Shown here piece after piece: positions 57,501-64,000 of a stretch of DNA of 64,000 nt. The DNA lies in the NCBI GenBank assembly GCA_946965045.2, contig OX337233.1:1860001-1924000 (forward strand). Reading direction: 5' to 3'. Position 1 is the first letter of the stretch. Every line of letters starts with the position of its first letter. Source of the DNA: Epithemia pelagica (Eukaryota; Protista; Bacillariophyta). The notes under the pieces were generated by a model. It made no database searches and had not been told where the DNA came from. It worked only from the letters and a program-made list of their open reading frames with translations. The position numbers and the translations under genes are program-made.

Positions 57501-58817
57501 CTAGACGGCACCATTGTGTGGAGGATCTGAATGCATCCATATAATGGTGCGGAGCGATTCTCCCGCATGGAGAAGACGAAAGGCTTTATTAATGTCTCGC
57601 AATGGCACTTGATGGGTAATGTAGGGGTCAATGTCAAATTTGCCCTCCATGTATTCCTCTACCAATTGTGCCACACCCTCGCGAGATTGATATCCACCAA
57701 AAGCCGTGCCCGTCCAAGTCCGGCCGGTGATTAAATTGAAGGGTCGAGTTGCAACTTCTTTTCCACTGGCTGCTACACCCACCACAATACTCTTGCCCCA
57801 TCCAATATGAGCACATTCGAGTGCCGCACGCATAATATCCACCGAACCAGTGGCTTCAAAGGAATAATCTACACCCCCATTGGTCATTTCGACAATCTTT
57901 TGTTGAATCGGAGTATCGGGAAAGTCATGGGGATTGATACAATCGGTGGCACCAAAGGCTACGGCACGATTGAACTTTTCGGGATTGACATCAATGGCCA
58001 GAATGCGTTTTGCACCCGCACGTTTACTGGCCTCCACAATGGAAAGACCCACTGTCCCCAAACCAAAGACGGCCACAATGGAATTGGCTTCTACCTTGGC
58101 AGTATTAAAGACAGCACCATATCCAGTGGGTAGGGCACAGGCTAGCAAGGGAACCTTGTGCAAGGGTGCATCTTGACGAATTTTGCCCGCACTTTCTTGA
58201 TGCACGACAGTATACTGCGAAAAACAACTGACGCCCATGAAATGCTTGAGTGGTCGTCCATCTTGCGCAGTTTGAAAACGTACACCACCATCGGATCGCA
58301 TAATACCAGCACCCGTAAAAGATCGAATTTTACCGCACAGATTGGTCTTTTTCACACGATATCCACGACATCGTGGACAGGTATCATTGGCCAAGTCCTC
58401 TGGCATGCATTGTGCTTGGTAGGTGGGAATGATCTTGTCGCCGGGTTGTACCGTGGTGACACCTGGACCCACGGATTCTACGGTCCCCGCAGATTCATGT
58501 CCCAAAATGGATGGAAAGTGTGCTTCGCCGTCCTTGCCCGCCAAGGCCGACAAATCGGTACCACACAATGTGGCATAATCGATCCGCACCCGTACTTCGT
58601 GTTCACCAGGTGGGGCCACCACGACACGTTCCAAGGACAGAGCCTGATCCTTGTTAAAGAATTCGGGGTCCGGTTGGTACGCCACAGCTGCCATACATTC
58701 AATAGGCTTTCCGGCAGTGGAAGAAGTCATCCATCGACGCCGGGCGGCTGCTGTAGAGCCAAAGTGCTTGGCAACCAGGGGACGAAGGCGGTGGAACACT
58801 AGCATTGTCGTGTACAA
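57501..58817 (-). CDS. ADH5: S-(hydroxymethyl)glutathione dehydrogenase (class III ADH), N-terminal transit-like peptide
   Basis: ILGHE, KTNLC, HFMGVSCFSQYTV, GLGTVG, GGVDYSFE, GWGKS, TRPFNLITGRTW.GTAFGG. Confidence 0.92.
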   Translation of the reverse strand: MYTTMLVFHRLRPLVAKHFGSTAAARRRWMTSSTAGKPIECMAAVAYQPDPEFFNKDQALSLERVVVAPPGEHEVRVRIDYATLCGTDLSALAGKDGEAHFPSILGHESAGTVESVGPGVTTVQPGDKIIPTYQAQCMPEDLANDTCPRCRGYRVKKTNLCGKIRSFTGAGIMRSDGGVRFQTAQDGRPLKHFMGVSCFSQYTVVHQESAGKIRQDAPLHKVPLLACALPTGYGAVFNTAKVEANSIVAVFGLGTVGLSIVEASKRAGAKRILAIDVNPEKFNRAVAFGATDCINPHDFPDTPIQQKIVEMTNGGVDYSFEATGSVDIMRAALECAHIGWGKSIVVGVAASGKEVATRPFNLITGRTWTGTAFGGYQSREGVAQLVEEYMEGKFDIDPYITHQVPLRDINKAFRLLHAGESLRTIIWMHSDPPHNGAV

Positions 58818-59122
58818 AAAATGGTATTCCTATTCGTTTGATCGGATGATTTGGGTGGTTGCAGGGATGCACTACTATGGATCTATGTTTGGTGCTTTGA
58901 CAAGAAGATCACTCGAGGGATTGTGCGTTGTTGTGGATATGTCCGACATCTGCCATCTGCCTGTGAGAAGGATTTGGGGATGAGAAAAATTTTGGAGAGC
59001 AACAAAGCCTCTGACTGGTGGAAAAAGAGCCTATCGCGTGCGCAGATGCATAAAGGTTAGGGTTTATATTAGGAAGAAAAAGAAAAAAAAACATCATCCA
59101 TCATCACTCTTATCATACGAGT

Positions 59123-60088
59123 ATGTCTACATCATCCGTATCCATTCTTTCCAGAACTGTAGTAACACGTGCGGGTGGTACCCTGTTGCGTTGTTCGCAT
59201 GCAGCCGAGAGTACGGCCTGTCACATGACCTTTGCCCTGTTTTTGCCAAATTCCCATCAGGTACAGCAGCAGCAGCAACAACGACGACAACAACAACCAG
59301 CACAACACATGCCCGTCCTGTACTTTTTGAGTGGATTGACATGTACGGATCAAAATTTTTGTCAAAAGGCGGGTCCTGTAGCTTTTGCTGCGGCGGAACA
59401 ACACGGTTTGGCCATGGTCATGCCAGATACGTCACCGCGTGGAAAAGATGTGGCCAATGACGAGACCTACGATTTGGGACATGGAGCTGGTTTTTACATC
59501 AACGCGACGATGGAACCATGGAAGAAGCATTATCAAATGGAATCCTACATCCAGGACGAATTACCTACCGTTGTGGCACAGGCCTGGCCCGGAACAAGTC
59601 CGCGACTGCGTTCCATCACCGGCCACAGCATGGGGGGACATGGTGCCTTGACACTCGCCTTCAAATCACATTTACAGCACAACAAATCATCAACAACAAT
59701 AACACCATGGATTAGTACATCGGCCTTGGCACCTATTTGTCATCCCACGGCATGTCCCTGGGGGGACAAGGCCTTTCGTCACTATCTGGGTGCCAACGAC
59801 GACAGTTGTCAAGCGCACGATGCCACGGCGCTCGTGGCCCAACTTGGGGCGTCATCCAGTAAAGCCTTTTCGAACATTCTAATTGATCAAGGTATGGAGG
59901 ATGAATTTCTGGTGGAACAACTACAGTTGGACGATTTCGAGGCTGCGGCTCGCGCTGCTGGTCAAAACGTGACGGTACGACGACACCATGGCATGGACCA
60001 TTCCTATTACTTTATTGCCTCCTGTATTGCGGATCACATTGACTTTCATGCCAAACATTTAAGAATGGCGAGCAAGGATCAACAATAG
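59123..60088 (+). CDS. ESD: S-formylglutathione hydrolase (esterase D)
   Basis: LYFLSGLTCTDQNF, PDTSPRG, GAGFYINAT, GHSMGGHGAL, WGDKAF, DHSYYFI. Confidence 0.95.
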   Translation: MSTSSVSILSRTVVTRAGGTLLRCSHAAESTACHMTFALFLPNSHQVQQQQQQRRQQQPAQHMPVLYFLSGLTCTDQNFCQKAGPVAFAAAEQHGLAMVMPDTSPRGKDVANDETYDLGHGAGFYINATMEPWKKHYQMESYIQDELPTVVAQAWPGTSPRLRSITGHSMGGHGALTLAFKSHLQHNKSSTTITPWISTSALAPICHPTACPWGDKAFRHYLGANDDSCQAHDATALVAQLGASSSKAFSNILIDQGMEDEFLVEQLQLDDFEAAARAAGQNVTVRRHHGMDHSYYFIASCIADHIDFHAKHLRMASKDQQ

Positions 60089-60213
60089 TACTTAAGAATC
60101 GTTGCTGTTCTTTGCGGAGGTGGCGTTGTGTAGTTCGTGTTTTTGCCGCGGCTTCAGTCGGGAGTCGGGACTTGAATTCTAAAAAGAGCGAACATTGTAC
60201 GTCCCGCCTCAAC

Positions 60214-60350
60214 AAAGGATGGAATCATCTATCTTTCAGCTGCCGCGCTCACCCACGCAAAGGTACCGTCTGGTTCGTCAAGTCGACCGACACCGACTGC
60301 TGTCTCTCGGGGCGTTCCGCGTTCAACTAACTCCAAGGCGCGGGACTCGT
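60214..60350 (-). mobile_element. 3' remnant of a second SINE-like element, truncated by the copia LTR
   Basis: Shares GTCGGTCGACTT and GGTGAGCGCGGCAGCTG with 50758-50827. Begins ACGAGTCC (B-box-like half) at the LTR edge and ends CCTTT. Confidence 0.55.
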
Positions 60351-60633
60351 TGTTGAGTAGAATGGTGCAGCCGTCAGCTTTGTCCACTATACTGTAAAGT
60401 TGAAAATGATCCTAATTTACTGGCTTGATTGTTTCCAAAGATTCGTTGGCGATTTGTTCGCCTTTCCTCTTCTGACTACGTCAGCGAACGTCAGCCGTGC
60501 GGAGCTTGTCCTGCTTGCTTTATTCTCCATAGTATTCTTCATCGTCTTTGGTCTTGCTTTCATTGTCTTTGGTTTTGCTTTGCCAGGCGTTCCCGCGTTG
60601 CAGTGTTTTCTTTCTTGCTCATTATTTCCAACA
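60351..60633 (-). repeat. 3' LTR of the copia element (about 283 bp)
   Basis: Starts TGTTG immediately after the PPT and ends CAACA. The partner LTR is outside the window, so the distal boundary is inferred. Confidence 0.7.
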
Positions 60634-63600
60634 CGCTCCTCACAAGGCGTGGGTACGTCGTGTGTTTGTAGGGTGCTGATGGGTTCGTGCCCTAACAGTA
60701 CGTCCCGAAATTTGTTGAAAAGTGCTCCCTGTAGCGGTTTTGTGTAGAAATCCGCCAGCATCTCTTCGGTGGGACAGTAGTGGATGTCGATCTTCTCTTG
60801 TTGGACTTGGTCCTTAATGAAGAAGTATCTGATGTCCACGTGTCTTGATTGTTCCTTGGGCCTCGAGAAACCGTTTGGCCCAAAGAGTATTCGGGAGGTA
60901 ATCGCTGGCTCCAACAACCTCCGCTTCCGTAGAACTTTTTGTGTTAAGCTTTTGTTTTCTTGATTTCGCCATAATGGCGCCTCGTCCCAGTGACATTGCG
61001 CCTCCTGTGTGGCTTTTCATGTCCTCGTGTACTGCGAATGATGCGTCCACCCAGTTGAGGAGGTGCGGGACATCATCCGCTCCCACGATGTATTCCATCC
61101 CTTCTGTAGCATGTAAGTACTGGAGCACTCGTCTGAGTTTGTCCCAATCCTCAGTGGTGGCCTTTGATATGCGTGTGCAAAGGAAGGCGATTGCTGTTTG
61201 GATGTCAATCCTTGATCTCTGTGATAAGTAGAGCAACTTGGCGACGATACTGTGGAATTTCTCCTTTCGTTTCGAATCCAGTTCAGGCGCGCTTTTGATA
61301 TTGAAAAGGCCTTTCTTTGCTGGTGAAGATGCACCTTGGGACACGTCTTCACCGAACATTTCGATTGCTTCCTTTATATATTGCGGCATCAGGATACTGA
61401 CCGTGCCGTTTTTGTTGATTGTGATATTCATTCCCAAATACGTGTGCTTGCGTCCTCTGCAGACCGTCATCTTTCCGAACTTGGCCTCGATCGTTTCAAT
61501 GATTTCTTCGACGACTTCTTCTTCCACGTGGGACGCCTTGAGGTCGTCCACGTACCACGTAATTGTGCATTGTTTGCCGTTTATAATCTTATTCGCGACG
61601 CATGGATCATAGGGGTTTAGCTCGAAACCCATTTCTTTCAGAGTCGACGCGAACAACTCATACCAGAGTAATGCGGATTGCACGCATCCATATAGCGCCT
61701 TGTTGAGGCGTACGTATAGAACTCTTACGCCATCTTCCATGACAACGTATTTTTCGTATTTCTTGTCCAGTTTGCAAAAAATGTCGACGACCTCTCCCGT
61801 CAGTCGCATTAAGACAAAATCCTTCATGTAGGCGTTGAGGTAAGCACCGGCGATGTCGGCCGTGATAACCTTTTGTCGTTCTTGGGCGTCGATGACGAGA
61901 GACATGATGAGGGCATCCACCGATAGTGCTGGTGATGCTGTCTCACTCTTGTCGTATAGGGTTCGTTGTGGTCGACCGTCTGCACATGAACATCCCTTCA
62001 ACTTCCCGCAACGTTTCTCTTTGATTACGTTGACTGATCGTAGGGCGGCCTTTTTTTGTTGGGGGGTCAATTTGGACGCGTCCTGTGGATCGAAAGTATC
62101 TTGGTTGTCCAACTGAGTGAACTCCTTCAATAATGCGTCAATGGCTCGTTGCCCATGTTTCTTTATGCTGGCTTTCGCGGACATCTGAGTGAAAATGAAG
62201 TTTGCCATCAGAGAGTGGATGGGTGTTCGGTCATTCACGTTGGTTGTAGCGTGTTTGATGGCCTGTTGTAGGAACTGTGCGTGCAAATAAGAGGTTGCGC
62301 CATCTGCCATATCCATCTGATGATCGAGCCGGTGGGCGTACGATCGCTCCCGGTTTCCTCGAAGGTTGTACTCGTGTCTAGGCTCGGCGTTGTCGGTAGG
62401 CTCGTCCATGTCATGGTCGTCTTCGTATTCCTCAGATACGTCCAGGAACTCGTCGCGCTCCTCATTCTGCGCTCCTTCGTCCTCCACGTTCCCCATTCCG
62501 TGATCGTCGGTGTCTTCTCCCACGTCGACCACTTCGTCATCCTCATCAACATCATCGATGGGGTCATCGCTCGTCGTTTCACTGTCATCGTCGGAAGTGG
62601 ATACCACGTGCCGTTTGGACAGTTCGCTGTCGGAGCTGTCGGGCGCTCCTTCGTCTACATCGTGTTTGTCTGTGTCGTCACTTTCTTCGCCCGCTCCTTC
62701 GTTATTGGCGTTGTGGTGGGCGTCGTTGTTCGCTCCTTCTTCTGCTCCATCTTCCTCCTCCAAGTCGTTCTCGTTTGCGATGTCGTCTTCATGGTCCTCT
62801 ATGGGGACGTTCGGTGCCCATTCGAAAACGAGCTCACCGTTGATGACGGGCTGTTCCTGTTGTTCAGCCAATTCTTCAACTTGGTTAATCACATCTTGTG
62901 TGATGGGTAGTTCCGTCCACTGTTGTCTGGAGATTCTTGCCCCAGTCGCGAGTGATAGGAAGTAGTAACTCCCTTGGGCGTTACCTGTTGGATTGAGTGC
63001 TATGGCCCCAATGGTGCGTGGTGCCGTGGTGCTCGTCCGTCGTCGCTCCTCGAAAACTTGCGCGTATTGGCCGAATTCGATCCTCATACTGTTGTAGTCT
63101 GGATCGGGAAGGCCGGTTACGATTTTCCGGGGGCTCATAGTTGGTGAAATCCCCTTTCGGTTCGGCAGTTGGTTCAGCGTACGGACGGCCAGGGTGACTA
63201 GTTCTCGTACCATGAGGACCGGGTATCGTCGAAAAGGGAGTCCGTGGACGGTAGCCCGCACCCGCTCCTTGATTGTCCGGATGGAGCGCTCCACCTGTCC
63301 GACGTGGTCGTCTGTAGCCACGATGTTGGCGATGACTGGTCGAATGTTCGCTTGGAGGGGGGCGAACTCATTATCAGCATGCATATCGACCACTTCAAAA
63401 GCTCTGGATGAGTAGAGGTGGAAAACGCCTTTCAATTCTCGTTCCAGGGTGGCCTTGCGTCGGTTCTCGATCGCCGCAACGGTTCGAAAGTTGATGTTTC
63501 GTGATATCGTGTGGCAGAAAATGTGGCCTTGCACGTAAAAATTGTCCGCGCATATCGTCACGCGTTTGTGTTCTTGTTGGATGGTGTCGGGTAGGGTCGT

Positions 63601-63954
63601 TGTTGTCTGTTGTGGGACGCCGCCGGAGGACCGTTTAACCGTTTTTCCTTTTAGGGTTGCGGGGTCGGGTCCATAAATTTTGAGGGCGCGCCGTGCATCT
63701 TCGGGGGTGACGGGGCAGTTTCGGATGATGTTGTTGGTTAGGGCGTCAAGGAAATCGCGTTGGGAGGGGCGACCGAGTTGTCGGTACAAAGTACGGGCAC
63801 GATCCGCTCCTTCGACCTCCCGGGGCGAGAAACCAGTCGCATTACGAGGGACAGAGTTGAGGAACAGATAGGGAGTAGAGGTAGAGCTAATAAAGTTAGA
63901 CGGGTCGGCAACATCAAAATAGTAGAGTCCCATGGCGCTTTCACGAAAAATCAT
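60417..63954 (-). pseudogene. Copia pol (IN-RT-RNase H) with internal RNase H deletion/frameshift
   Basis: RFLEAQG is joined out of frame to SRHVDIRYFF near 60855; the usual QDN segment is absent. The frame continues upstream beyond 64000. Confidence 0.85.
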
Positions 63955-64000
63955 TACCGAGCCATCACGACGATGGACTGAGATGGAGGGATCACCCGCC

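Larger units (their letters stand above)
60351..64000 (-). mobile_element. Ty1/copia (CoDi-like) LTR retrotransposon, defective, truncated by the window end
   Basis: Integrase (CAD, ADNEF, VERSIRTIKE), RT (DIAGAYL, KALYG, YVDD), RNase H (DASFAVH, EAE). PPT GAGGAGCG at 60641-60634. Confidence 0.93.

Noticed and set aside
60106-60633. Longer 528 bp copia LTR ending at 60106
   Set aside because: The 60351 end gives a perfect TGTTG..CAACA pair, and the intervening DNA matches the SINE-like module. Not fully excluded without the 5' LTR.
1-64000. CRISPR arrays, rRNA, intact tRNA genes
   Set aside because: None seen. The repeats present are TE termini or coding microsatellites (poly-Q/G/S).

Overview
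Eukaryotic nuclear DNA, most likely from a diatom. This is inferred from the short GT-AG/GC-AG introns, diatom-type hypothetical proteins and a CoDi-like copia element. About 20 host genes are interleaved with mobile DNA. (1) Two full-length but lesioned tyrosine-recombinase (YR) retrotransposons have split direct repeats in A1..B1-A2-B2 order. One is a 6.1 kb Ngaro-like element (6733-12862) with gag and pol in one frame separated only by a TAG. The other is a 9.35 kb PAT/DIRS-like element (39431-48784) whose pol appears to carry a degenerate C5-cytosine methyltransferase domain before RT and a Dam-like domain after RNase H. Both are flanked by apparent target-site duplications (7 bp and 4 bp), which is not expected for YR elements. 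(2) An 811 bp long-TIR element. (3) A tRNA-promoter SINE-like insertion with a 19 bp TSD and oligo-T tail, whose 3' module recurs next to a copia LTR. (4) A defective copia element running off the right end. Notable host genes are an ABCB transporter with permuted TMD-NBD-NBD-TMD order, a head-to-head formaldehyde-detoxification pair (class III ADH and S-formylglutathione hydrolase), two Crinkler-like nuclease proteins, RtcA and an OSCA channel. All domain calls come from motif recognition by eye; no database search was run.
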